Assembly (NCBI GenBank): GCA_964629245.1
Contig: CAZVPZ010000001.1
Coordinates: forward strand, 1 to 59,809
Length of the DNA: 59,809 nt
Direction of reading: 5' to 3'
Origin: an uncultured archaeon
Lineage (GTDB): Archaea; Nanohalarchaeota; Nanosalinia; Nanosalinales; Nanosalinaceae
The position numbers and the translations under genes are program-made. Below the pieces are notes generated by a model. The model was not told where the DNA came from, did not search any database, and saw only the letters and a list, made by a program, of their open reading frames with translations. Below are positions 51,429 to 59,809 of the stretch, piece by piece. Position 1 is the first letter of the stretch. Every line of letters starts with the position of its first letter.

Positions 51429-51493
51429 GTCGATTAGTTGTCGGAGCCCGGTTTATAAACAATCGAAGACCCTTCCGGTAGTTCCGCGAATCC

Positions 51494-52513
51494 TCAGTCC
51501 TGGAGGCTGTACTTCCTCCAGCGGCCCTTTCCCTCGGCTTCGATCAGCCGGTAGTGGTCCATCTTCTGGAGGTACTTCCTCAGTGTGCGCTCCACCTTCG
51601 GCTCGTCAACTCTTTCCCTGTACTTCTCGTAGAGTTCGCCAGGTTTCACCTTTTCCTCCTCCCTTATGATGTCGTATAGGGCCTTCTGGTGTGGGTTCAG
51701 CTTGTCAACCGACTTCGACTTGTCCTCTTCCTCGGCCTCTGGAAGCGCATCCTCGACCACCTCCTGCGTTATATTCTCCATCTCCTGCCCTTCCGCCTCT
51801 TCCGCGGCTATCCTCAGTGCGTTCAGTGCAACCCTCGCATCACCTTCCGCCCTGTTGGCGATACGGTGGAGGAGGGAGGTCTCGACAGCCTCCTTCCTGA
51901 GACCCCATTCCCGCCGGTCCTCCAGGATGTCGACCAGTTCTTCCCTTGAGTATGCGGGGAAATGTATCTCCCTTGTTCCCTGTAGCGACGAGCGTATCCG
52001 ATCGTCAACGTCGTAGAGAGCGGTCTCCTTGTTCGCTATCATTATCAGTGCTGCCTGTTCCTCCCTGGCGAAGTCGTAAAGGATGCGTTCCTCCTCTATC
52101 TGGTCGACTTCGTCGAGTATGATTATGCTCGGCCGTTTCGATATCTTTTCCCGGAACTTGTCCACCAGCTCGTCTGTCGGAGTCCCGGTCCGGTGTATAA
52201 GGTTGACGCCGAGGTCTCGCAGCAGGTTGTAGTAGACCTTGAACCTGGAGGGATAACGCCAGCAGTTCACGCGACCAGAAACCACCTCGGAGGAGTAGCG
52301 CTGGAGTTCATCGACCACGTACTGTGCCATCGTGGTCTTCCCGGTCCCGGGAGGTCCGTACAAAAGCATGTTCCGGGGCGAGTCGTCCTCCAGCAGCGGC
52401 TCGAGGTTTCGCTTTATCTCCTGTATCTGGGAGTCCCTGTGGACCATCCGCTTCGGCAGGAAGCCTTCCCGGAGTACCCGGGCGTCCTCTATTATAGTGT
52501 TGCGCTTTCTCAC
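51494..52513 (-). CDS. cdc6: Orc1/Cdc6 replication initiator
   Basis: Walker A GPPGTGKT, Walker B IIILDEVD and a C-terminal winged helix. Confidence 0.95.
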   Translation of the reverse strand: MRKRNTIIEDARVLREGFLPKRMVHRDSQIQEIKRNLEPLLEDDSPRNMLLYGPPGTGKTTMAQYVVDELQRYSSEVVSGRVNCWRYPSRFKVYYNLLRDLGVNLIHRTGTPTDELVDKFREKISKRPSIIILDEVDQIEEERILYDFAREEQAALIMIANKETALYDVDDRIRSSLQGTREIHFPAYSREELVDILEDRREWGLRKEAVETSLLHRIANRAEGDARVALNALRIAAEEAEGQEMENITQEVVEDALPEAEEEDKSKSVDKLNPHQKALYDIIREEEKVKPGELYEKYRERVDEPKVERTLRKYLQKMDHYRLIEAEGKGRWRKYSLQD

Positions 52514-52551
52514 GGAACAATAATTATTCCGCTACTTTAAAAGTCCGGAAC

Positions 52552-52935
52552 ATGGTGTTCCGTGAGTTCCGGTATAACAAATTTCATATACAGCCGTCAG
52601 AAACCCTAGATATGGTAAGCATCATATTTTACCAGATAAGCATAGGACTCGGGGGCATATTCACGTCCGCGTTCTTCCTCTACCTTCTCAGCATCAACCC
52701 CGGCTGGGAGTGGAGGGTCGTCGCCTACAAGTTCACGGGCGCCCTCACGCTCTACTCGGTTATGATGTTCACCCAGGTGATAGAAGAGACGTGGGACCCC
52801 ATACATTTCGCGGGCTACACGCTTCCTTCGCTCCAGATAATATTCCAAGCGCTCGTGTTCGGCTTCCTTGTCGCAGGGCTCTGGGACATCTGGATCGGAA
52901 ACCGAGAGATAGGAGGGGAGAACCAAGGATTGTAA
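52552..52935 (+). CDS. Small multi-pass membrane protein
   Basis: 127 aa with 3-4 hydrophobic helices. Confidence 0.55.
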   Translation: MVFREFRYNKFHIQPSETLDMVSIIFYQISIGLGGIFTSAFFLYLLSINPGWEWRVVAYKFTGALTLYSVMMFTQVIEETWDPIHFAGYTLPSLQIIFQALVFGFLVAGLWDIWIGNREIGGENQGL

Positions 52936-52992
52936 TGCGAGCGTATTGCAGAATATCTATAAAATCCCTAAGAGGTTTATTTGTATTACCGT

Positions 52993-54078
52993 CTAGATGT
53001 GGCGCAGGTTGAGTTCAAGGACGTCCTCGTCCATCAGTTCGTGACCCTTCCCGACTTCCTGCCGAGGGAAAGCCGCGCTATCTCCTGTCACGCGGGCGGC
53101 CTTGAACCGGTCCTTCATATCGCCCGGCAGGTCGTCCAACGCGTCTTCCACCGTCGCACCCTCCCGCAGTATGAGTGGTTCGTCCTTGTCTGCCTCTTCT
53201 CCCTTCTCCTTCAGGTATACCCTTATGAGTCCCATCCTTTCGAAGATGAGTTCCCGGAGTTCGTCCAGGTTCTCACCGGTTTCGGCGGAGACAACCATGT
53301 CGTACTCCTGCTCAAGTTTTTCACGCCTTTCGTCATCGACGAGGTCGGCCTTGTTCACGATAATTATCCCCGGGACGTACTTCCGGTTGTCCATGAGCGC
53401 GTCGATGAACCTGTCGAGACCGACTTCCTCGCGTATAACCACGTCGGCGTTCACGTAACCGTTCTCCTGCATCAGCGCCTCTATAGTTGACTCGTCGATT
53501 TCAAGGTCGACTGTGGTGGAAACGCTGATGCCTCCCCGACCTTTCTTCTCTATCTTGACATCGGGCCGCTCTTGGTTGATGCGGATGCCCGAGTCGTAGA
53601 GCTCGTCCATTATCTTGCTGTACCGCATCTCTTCAGAGTCGAGAACCACCAGCACGAGATCCGCATTCCTGACAACGCTCAGGACCTGTTTACCGTCGCC
53701 CCTTCCCTCTGCCGCACCTCCTATCAGGCCGGGGACGTCAAGTATCTGAATGTTAGCGCCCCTGTACTGCATCATCCCGGGCTCGACATCGAGTGTCGTG
53801 AACTCGTACTCTCCCACCTCGCTTTCAGCGTTCGTCAGCGCGTTCAGGAGTGTTGACTTCCCTACAGAGGGGAACCCTACGAGTGCGACTGTGGCGTCTC
53901 CGTGCTTCTTGACCGCGTAGCCGGAGGTGTCTCCTGTACCCTTCGCTTTCTTCTCCTTCTCGTCATTCAGCTTGGATATCTGGGACTTCAGTCTGGCGCG
54001 CTCCTTCTCGGTCGCCTTGTTCACCGGCGTCTTCTCAAGCTTCTCCTCCAGTTCGGCTATACGGTCTTCGATGCCCAT
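52993..54078 (-). CDS. DRG/Rbg1-type OBG-family GTPase with a TGS domain
   Basis: VALVGFPSVGKSTLLN, DVPGLI, NKADL and a C-terminal TGS-like segment. Confidence 0.9.
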   Translation of the reverse strand: MGIEDRIAELEEKLEKTPVNKATEKERARLKSQISKLNDEKEKKAKGTGDTSGYAVKKHGDATVALVGFPSVGKSTLLNALTNAESEVGEYEFTTLDVEPGMMQYRGANIQILDVPGLIGGAAEGRGDGKQVLSVVRNADLVLVVLDSEEMRYSKIMDELYDSGIRINQERPDVKIEKKGRGGISVSTTVDLEIDESTIEALMQENGYVNADVVIREEVGLDRFIDALMDNRKYVPGIIIVNKADLVDDERREKLEQEYDMVVSAETGENLDELRELIFERMGLIRVYLKEKGEEADKDEPLILREGATVEDALDDLPGDMKDRFKAARVTGDSAAFPRQEVGKGHELMDEDVLELNLRHI

Positions 54079-54154
54079 ACTGGCTCAGTAATTGTAACCC
54101 AGATTTAAAATACAGCTTATGCTAGAAACCCTGGCGGGCAGAGAGCGCTGGAGG

Positions 54155-54451
54155 TCATTCAACGGTCTCTATGTTGCCGTCCCTGCTGATGTTCAGCTGG
54201 ATGCCGTCGCCCCATTCGCGGACGTAAGCTCCAGTGATGTGGACCTCCGCGCCTTCCTCCACCGCCTTTATCTCCTCTTCCCAGAGGGTAAGGTCGATGT
54301 CGCCGGTGTCGTCCTCGAACGTGCAGGTGGTGATCTTCTTCTGGCCGTACTTGGTGGAAACGGCGCGTGGACGTGGTAGCTCGGTTATCTTGCCCGTGAT
54401 TTCGACATCGTCGTCTTCTGGGCCAAGTTCCTCGACAGTCATCTCAGTCAT
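54155..54451 (-). CDS. Single OB-fold ssDNA/RNA-binding protein (RPA/SSB-like)
   Basis: ITGKITEL...TFEDDTGDIDLTLWEEE...V.ITGAYVREW.G.IQLNI. The ATG at 54451 is preferred. Confidence 0.75.
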   Translation of the reverse strand: MTEMTVEELGPEDDDVEITGKITELPRPRAVSTKYGQKKITTCTFEDDTGDIDLTLWEEEIKAVEEGAEVHITGAYVREWGDGIQLNISRDGNIETVE

Positions 54452-54546
54452 CCATAACCACTGAGGCTGAATACCCCGTCTAACTTTAAAAGATTTCCGA
54501 CTAGGCGTCCGCAAACCCTTTCATAGCCACCGTTAAACATCTATAC

Positions 54547-55443
54547 ATGAAACTGCCCTGGAAGAGTGGTGAGGAAGAACTCCGCGAGAGGATAGAGGAA
54601 CTCGAGGAGGAGAAGCAAGAACTCGAGCAGAGGTACGAGGCCGAGAGCAAGAGGCGCTCTGATCTGGCCCGGAAGAAACAGGAGGCCGAGGAGGAGCTGA
54701 ACCGGCTGAGGGACCGGCTCAGGTCTGAAAAGCAGGAGAACGAGGAGGAAGGCGAGCAGGTCGGTGACTCCTCCGAATCGGTGTCCTTTGACCGAGGCTA
54801 CCGCATCCTCCAGAAACTCTCTTCGGTGGAATCGCCGGAGAGGGACATGGTGACGGTATATTCCCCCGGCAAGGTCTCGAAGATAGACGACTTCCAGGGC
54901 CTGAAGAACGCGGTCTCTGCATCCAACATGGAGTTCCTGTCGGGCAAGGAATCCTTCATCGGCTTCCTGGACGAGGATTTCTTCTCTGCAGCGCTCAAGA
55001 CTAGACCGTTCTTCCAGCCGGGATGGTATCTCGCGACTTCCTTCGACCTGAAAGATGCGCTTGACTTCATAGAGGCGGAGAAGACCTGGGCGCTGGTTTC
55101 CGCTGGCGAGACCCGGATATACAGGGAAGCAGCGGGCGAGACCGAACAAGTCGAACGCTTAAAGTCCCGCGTCGACAGCAGGCAGTCGAAAGGAGGTTTC
55201 TCGCAGGACCGTTTTGAGAGGAAGCGGGAGGAGCAGATCGATGAGCATCTTGACGAGGTGGAGGGAGAACTGGGGAATTACGAAGATGTCTATCTCCTCG
55301 GTGAAAGGGCGCTGTGCAAGAAGCTTTCCGGTGAACACCTCGGCGGTTTCGACCCCAACCGGAAGCTCAGGGATGCGCTTTATAACTTTTCGGTGACACA
55401 AAATCCTAGAGATGAGAACGGTAACGTGGGAACAGGCGGCTGA
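54547..55443 (+). CDS. aeRF1-superfamily, Vms1/VLRF1-like putative peptidyl-tRNA hydrolase with an N-terminal coiled coil
   Basis: RQSKGGFSQDRFERKREEQ aligns to the GGQ-loop region of eRF1/Vms1-type domains. Confidence 0.6.
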   Translation: MKLPWKSGEEELRERIEELEEEKQELEQRYEAESKRRSDLARKKQEAEEELNRLRDRLRSEKQENEEEGEQVGDSSESVSFDRGYRILQKLSSVESPERDMVTVYSPGKVSKIDDFQGLKNAVSASNMEFLSGKESFIGFLDEDFFSAALKTRPFFQPGWYLATSFDLKDALDFIEAEKTWALVSAGETRIYREAAGETEQVERLKSRVDSRQSKGGFSQDRFERKREEQIDEHLDEVEGELGNYEDVYLLGERALCKKLSGEHLGGFDPNRKLRDALYNFSVTQNPRDENGNVGTGG

Positions 55444-55939
55444 GGCCGACGACGCGACGCTCCTCCTTGAGACGGGTGTCTTCGAGAAGCCCTACGACAC
55501 TATCCCTGGAGGCTCCCTAGAAGGGGAGAAGGTTGCCTACATCGACGGCCTGAACGATACGAGAGACGTCTTCGACTATTTCGAGGATTCCGGTGTCACC
55601 GATTTCAGCTACCTCGGACTCAGCCAGGACGCCATAAGGAAGGACAGGTACTCGGACCGGGAAAACGTGAAGTTCCTTGAACCAAGTGACCTGACAGGAA
55701 TCGGCATACACGGTTACGCTCCTTCTGGCCACTCGGCCCGTAACGGTGACGACATCTCGATTTTCGCGGGAACCGCGGTCGTCGAGAACTGGCCCGGCAC
55801 GGAGGGAAACCTTGACAGGTTCTACGACCAGGTCTCCAAGACTGAAGGGGTCAACGTGATGCACATCACTTCTGCCAACCCGAAGGACGGGGAAGGCAGT
55901 TTCCGGCTCGAACGTTTCGTCGACGCCCGCCTCGAATAA
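55412..55939 (+). CDS. Hypothetical protein overlapping the VLRF1-like gene by 32 nt
   Basis: 175 aa with no motif recognised. Confidence 0.5.
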   Translation: MRTVTWEQAAEADDATLLLETGVFEKPYDTIPGGSLEGEKVAYIDGLNDTRDVFDYFEDSGVTDFSYLGLSQDAIRKDRYSDRENVKFLEPSDLTGIGIHGYAPSGHSARNGDDISIFAGTAVVENWPGTEGNLDRFYDQVSKTEGVNVMHITSANPKDGEGSFRLERFVDARLE

Positions 55940-55978
55940 GAGTGAACAAGTTTTAATTCTCGGCCTGAAACCTAAACC

Positions 55979-56662
55979 GTGGACGTAAGAAAACTCAACC
56001 AGGCGTTGAGAGAACAATACGGCGAGCCTCCGCAGCCTTCTGAACAGTCAGGAATCGACTACCTGATAGAGACCATACTCTCCCAGAACACCAACGACGT
56101 GAACCGGGATAAGGCATTCAAGAAGCTGAAGCAGGGGTATGGCGGCGATTACGCCGCTATAGAGAACGCCGATACCGACGAGTTGGTTGAGACCATCCGT
56201 GTCGCAGGGCTCGGTCCGACGAAGGCGGAGAGGATCCAGGAAGCACTGGAAATCATCCGTGAGGAAGCGGGAGAGTACAGCTTGGAGTTCGTCGAGGAGA
56301 TGGACGTTGATGAGGCGAAGGACTGGCTGACCGCTATCCCTGGCGTAGGTCCGAAAACCGCGGCTATAATCCTGTGCTTTCACTTCCGCAAGCCTGTCAT
56401 ACCGGTTGACACCCACGTTCACCGGGTGTCGAAGCGTCTAGGTCTGATACCCGAGAAAGCGGGCAGGAAAAAGGCGCACGACATACTGGAGGAAAAGGTG
56501 CCAGACGATATCAAGTACGAGTTCCACCGGTTATTGATTACGCACGGTAGGGAGACATGCACCGCAAGGAACCCTGACTGCGAGAACTGCGTGCTGAGAT
56601 CCGACTGCAAATACTATAAAGAATTTGTTGAAGGGGATCGCTCCCCCAGCGAGTTCGGATGA
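55979..56662 (+). CDS. nth: Endonuclease III (HhH-GPD with 4Fe-4S)
   Basis: HhH IPGVGPKTA, catalytic VDTH and C-x6-C-x2-C-x5-C (CTARNPDCENCVLRSDC). GTG start. Confidence 0.9.
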   Translation: MDVRKLNQALREQYGEPPQPSEQSGIDYLIETILSQNTNDVNRDKAFKKLKQGYGGDYAAIENADTDELVETIRVAGLGPTKAERIQEALEIIREEAGEYSLEFVEEMDVDEAKDWLTAIPGVGPKTAAIILCFHFRKPVIPVDTHVHRVSKRLGLIPEKAGRKKAHDILEEKVPDDIKYEFHRLLITHGRETCTARNPDCENCVLRSDCKYYKEFVEGDRSPSEFG

Positions 56663-56663
56663 C

Positions 56664-56897
56664 TTACTCTTCGTCGTGATCGTGGTCGTGTCCAGGAGCG
56701 CCTTCCATCTCGCCCTGCCGCTCTTCCATCTCTTCAACGATTTCCTGGGCCTTCTCGTTGATTGTCTCTTCGTCGATCACGTCGTTTTCATCCAGTACGG
56801 CGAGCAACGAGTGAAGCGTGAGCTCCAGGTTGCCTAGCCTGTTCTGCATGATTTGCATCATCTGCTGCGCGTTCATCTGCTGTGGTTCGTCAGCCAT
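56664..56897 (-). CDS. Small acidic Q/M-rich protein
   Basis: The ATG at 56897 gives MADEPQQMNAQQMMQIMQNRL. The C-terminus is HDHDHDEE. Confidence 0.5.
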   Translation of the reverse strand: MADEPQQMNAQQMMQIMQNRLGNLELTLHSLLAVLDENDVIDEETINEKAQEIVEEMEERQGEMEGAPGHDHDHDEE

Positions 56898-57026
56898 TGT
56901 AAACACCTGAAAAGAAGATCGCAGGATGTCATCCTGCCATCCCTGCACCTTAGACAGGGACGGGGTAGAAACTTTTATAAAAGAAGTTGTATCTGTCCCC
57001 CAGAAAGTCGGTCGCGGTTCCAGCTA

Positions 57027-57332
57027 TCAGGGGAAAGAGTTACTCCTGCCGCTCGCGACCTTGTGGATTCCAAACCCGATGATTACGGCGAACAGGTAGT
57101 AGAAAGCAACCTGGCCCGCAGTACTCAGCGGGGTGCCGCCGATGTTTCCCAGGATGCTGCCGAGATTTGTCGCGCTGTAGACGATGTTCACCGGCAGCGC
57201 GACCAGTGCCAGGTAGGGAACATCAACGAACCTCGTCCCGACGCCTGCAACCACAAGCAACGCGAAGATTATCAGGGTCGGCTTCGACTTCAGCAGGCTG
57301 TACTTGTTCTGGCCGAATCCGTTCATATACAC
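57027..57332 (-). CDS. Small 3-TM membrane protein
   Basis: Hydrophobicity only. Confidence 0.5.
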   Translation of the reverse strand: MYMNGFGQNKYSLLKSKPTLIIFALLVVAGVGTRFVDVPYLALVALPVNIVYSATNLGSILGNIGGTPLSTAGQVAFYYLFAVIIGFGIHKVASGRSNSFP

Positions 57333-57373
57333 CAGAATTCTGTCTACCCGTTAATATGTCTTTCCTCTGACGC

Positions 57374-57784
57374 CTAAAGTGGAGTTCTTGCACCACACGC
57401 CTGGCATTTGAGTATCTCGACGCCTTTCTCCTTGATTATCTCGGTGTCGGGCCTGGAACATTCGGGACAGAAAACGAAGTCCTCGGCGTAATGCTTGAAC
57501 TTGGCCTGGACGCTACCCCTCCGGAACTCACCGTTCAGGACCAGCTCCTTGCCTTCGACGTGCCCCGCCGTCCCCAGCTCGTTCTGGATGTACTTGGATA
57601 GGTGCTTCGCGTCCCGGTTGTATTTCTCCACGAACTCCGAGAAGTTGGTCACGATGGTCTTGTTACCCTCCTTCCGGGTGTCAACCACCGGTACTTCGAA
57701 CCTCTCCTCACTCTCAAGATCCTCCGGCACTTCCTCAAGCCCGCGCTCCAGCAGCTCGTCGTAATCAGAATCAGTCATAGACAA
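57374..57784 (-). CDS. eif2b: Translation initiation factor aIF-2 beta
   Basis: C-terminal Zn ribbon CPECSRPDT...CQACGA and a conserved central domain. Confidence 0.9.
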   Translation of the reverse strand: MSMTDSDYDELLERGLEEVPEDLESEERFEVPVVDTRKEGNKTIVTNFSEFVEKYNRDAKHLSKYIQNELGTAGHVEGKELVLNGEFRRGSVQAKFKHYAEDFVFCPECSRPDTEIIKEKGVEILKCQACGARTPL

Positions 57785-57803
57785 TAAACAGACGGGAAGA
57801 TTC

Positions 57804-58182
57804 TTAACTGCGGTGGATTTGATCTACACCTTTATCTCCTTTTAAAATCGAATGAGCTCTTCTCCAAGTTATGTACGAGTATATCCCGAGCAGAGTCGCG
57901 ATTGTCAAAATCACTACAAGGGCATAAAGTGTTAGTTCTGAACTTTGTATCACTCTGAGAGCTGATTCGCCCATCTTTGCAGTGGTATTCTTTCTAAGTG
58001 ATGAGTTTATACTCTCCATCTGAGCTACCGACAAGGTCGTTCTTAACAGGTCTAGGCTCGTAGAGATAGTTAAACCATAGATTGAAGCGAAAACACCAGA
58101 ACCAATAAACAGGCCGCTATAAAGTGGCTAGAATTTTTGCTTTATCTCTTAAGGACTCCGAAATTTCCTTATCATCAGCCAT
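57804..58182 (-). pseudogene. Possible frameshifted small membrane-protein gene in an AT-rich islet
   Basis: The ATG at 58182 opens a 37-codon frame (MADDKEISESLRDKSKNSSH...). The track ORF 57804-58034 is open upstream to 58125 in the -1 frame (..LYSGLFIGSGVFASIYGLTI..). The two frames overlap. Confidence 0.3.
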
Positions 58183-58188
58183 CGGATT

Positions 58189-58929
58189 CTACAGCTTTTT
58201 TATCTTGCCGGGTTTGGGTTCGTAGAAGGTTCCTTCGCTGAGGAGGGAGTTGATGGTGTTTTCGAGCTGGTCTTCGGGCGCGTCGAGTTCCTCTATCAGG
58301 TCGGAGTAGTCCGCACCTTCATCCTCGTCCAGTTTCTCGACCGCTTCTATGACCTTGCGTTCCAGGTTCTCGTGTTCTTCATCCGTGGTGTCGAACTGTT
58401 CGCCGAACGACTGCAGTAGCGCATCCACCTCCTCCTCGTCCAGCTTGCCGGCCATCTCTTTCTCTATGTCTTCCCGGGATTTGCCGCTGTCTTTCAGCTG
58501 TTTCACGCTGTCGCGGATGGATTTCCACTCCTCCTCGGTCTTCCGGTTCCTGAGCTGGTGGAGAAGCTCGTGCTTGACGTCCCGCTTGATGGTTATCTCG
58601 GGATTCATGTAGATCTCCCCCTGGTACTCCCGGACCTTGCCCACCGCTTCAACGATGTCACCCTGCTCGAACTCCTCGATGGCGTCGAGCTCGTTGAAGA
58701 ATTTCAGTTGGACGGTGTCGGTGCCGTCGTCAATCGTTAGCGAGCCATAGGTCTCATCATCGTTCACGAACGTGTCGACCACAGTCCCGACAATCCTGGC
58801 GCGGGACATCCTTCGTCCGTCAGGTGTCAAAAGGTAGTTGGGGGTGAAACCCTCCTTCTGGAAGTACTTGCCCGAGTTGAGTTCTTCTGCCGTAGTGAAC
58901 TTCGCGGTCTGTCTCTTCTGCTGTGGCAT
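58189..58929 (-). CDS. RPA32/Stn1-like OB-fold protein with a C-terminal winged helix
   Basis: OB core RIVGTVVDTF...GSLTIDDGTDTVQLKFF...GDIVEAVGKVREYQGEIYM, an acidic linker and a wH tail. Confidence 0.7.
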   Translation of the reverse strand: MPQQKRQTAKFTTAEELNSGKYFQKEGFTPNYLLTPDGRRMSRARIVGTVVDTFVNDDETYGSLTIDDGTDTVQLKFFNELDAIEEFEQGDIVEAVGKVREYQGEIYMNPEITIKRDVKHELLHQLRNRKTEEEWKSIRDSVKQLKDSGKSREDIEKEMAGKLDEEEVDALLQSFGEQFDTTDEEHENLERKVIEAVEKLDEDEGADYSDLIEELDAPEDQLENTINSLLSEGTFYEPKPGKIKKL

Positions 58930-58960
58930 GGTAATATTCTCGAGTCAAAGTCTTTTGTAT

Positions 58961-59809
58961 CTATACCTGCTGGATGTGGCCGCTCTGGGGCTCCCATAGC
59001 TCGCCCTCTCTCCGTAGTCGATCTATTATCTCCTCGGCCTTGTCGCGAGAGATGCCCTGCTCCTCCGCGGTCTGGAGGACCTCCTGTATCTCTACCGGCT
59101 GGTCGTCGCCTCCGTGGCTCCTGATTATCTTCTTAATGCTCTGCAACCTGTTGCGCTGCGAGGAGGACACTCCTGATTCAATCATGTCGATGTCGTAGTC
59201 TCCGGTTTCTGGATCCACGCCTACCTGTTTCAGGCAGTAGGTGAGTATGTCGATGGCGCGCTGTGCGTCCTTCTCCCTGACCTCGTCCTGGAGGTGTGCA
59301 CGTGCAGATGCCTCCGCGACCCGGACGAGAGCCTCGAGCTGTCTCGCGGTTATCGGGACGCTCTGTCCTGCCTCGTCGCTCCCGCTCGAACGCATCCCGA
59401 CATAGAACTCCTGGATGCGGTCGGCCGCTTTCTGGGTTAGCTGGGGCTGGACGTTCTTCTTGGCGTAGGCGATGTATTTGCGGAGTACGTCCTGGCTGAG
59501 CTCTCCCTTGGTCTCCTCAGGGTTTATGTGGTTCTTCAGCACCTGTTCGGAGAGACGCTGGTCCTTCTCCTCGTCCGGCTCGTCCTTCACCGGGAAGATA
59601 AAATCGAAACGGGAGAGCAGCGTGTCGCCTATGTTTATCTGCTGCGGGATGGGCTCGTACGGGTCGAACCTCCCGAGCTTGGGATTGCCCGCGGCGAGTA
59701 TCGCTGTCTGGGCGTTAAGCGTGGCCTGGATGTTTGCCTTCGACACGGAAATCTGCTGCTGTTCCATCGCCTCGTGCAGTGAGGAGCGGTCCTCCTTGCT
59801 CATCTTGTC
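58961..59809 (-). CDS. mcm: MCM helicase, C-terminal part (N-terminus beyond the right edge)
   Basis: DKMSKEDRSSLHEAMEQQQISVSKANIQATLNAQTAILAAGNP (sensor/arginine-finger region) and a C-terminal wH. The frame is open to base 59809. Confidence 0.9.
   Translation of the reverse strand, partial: DKMSKEDRSSLHEAMEQQQISVSKANIQATLNAQTAILAAGNPKLGRFDPYEPIPQQINIGDTLLSRFDFIFPVKDEPDEEKDQRLSEQVLKNHINPEETKGELSQDVLRKYIAYAKKNVQPQLTQKAADRIQEFYVGMRSSGSDEAGQSVPITARQLEALVRVAEASARAHLQDEVREKDAQRAIDILTYCLKQVGVDPETGDYDIDMIESGVSSSQRNRLQSIKKIIRSHGGDDQPVEIQEVLQTAEEQGISRDKAEEIIDRLRREGELWEPQSGHIQQV

Noticed and set aside
54541-55149. 202-aa minus ORF
   Set aside because: It is antisense to the VLRF1-like gene and consists of Leu/Arg-rich low complexity.
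1-59809. Search for a 16S/23S rRNA operon, RNase P RNA, SRP RNA, CRISPR arrays and defence islands
   Set aside because: None were recognisable. Apart from the orc1-adjacent gap (about 390 nt), the remaining gaps without a plausible protein gene of 60 aa or more are mostly under 150 nt, or are occupied by the tRNAs, the 5S rRNA, sub-60-aa ORFs or the AT-rich islet at 57785-58188.

Overview
This is a compact archaeal chromosomal segment with roughly 100 genes, about 90% coding, and many 1-25 nt gene overlaps. The archaeal call rests on TFB, Orc1/Cdc6, an MCM fragment, RPA-like OB proteins, aIF2-beta, LSm, L37e, S8e, a DRG GTPase, IleRS, ThiI and NcsA/TtuA. The predicted proteins are strongly acidic, which suggests a halophile. 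An orphan 5S rRNA, split domains and intron-rich tRNAs would fit a small-genome, nanohaloarchaeon-like (DPANN) lineage, but that is inference only. All RNA genes lie on the minus strand: seven tRNAs (Ser-CGA, Tyr-GUA, Pro-CGG, Pro-UGG, Thr-UGU, Ile-GAU, Lys-UUU) and one stand-alone 5S rRNA. Three of the tRNAs carry long canonical-position introns of 68, 75 and about 129 nt. The supplied ORF track misses several real features: the 5S rRNA, all tRNAs, L37e, a 31-aa C2H2 zinc-finger ORF and an edge-truncated DHH phosphoesterase. It also contains many antisense shadow ORFs and N-terminal over-extensions from alternative start codons. The window is unusually rich in thiol/redox genes: VKOR, CcdA x2, Trx/Grx-like x6, Rdx, DoxX, two flavoprotein disulfide reductase-family enzymes, a rhodanese and a peroxiredoxin-like protein. 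The observations I rate most worth follow-up are these. (1) Three tRNA loci (Tyr, Pro-CGG, Pro-UGG) are embedded in partial copies of their own ends and share a conserved trailer module. (2) A low-GC single-gene insertion is bounded by repeats derived from the tRNA-Pro 3' end. (3) A truncated class-I LysRS-like catalytic-core paralog is present. (4) A translationally coupled VKOR/Trx/CcdA extracytoplasmic thiol-disulfide cluster is present. No CRISPR array, transposase or integrase was seen.
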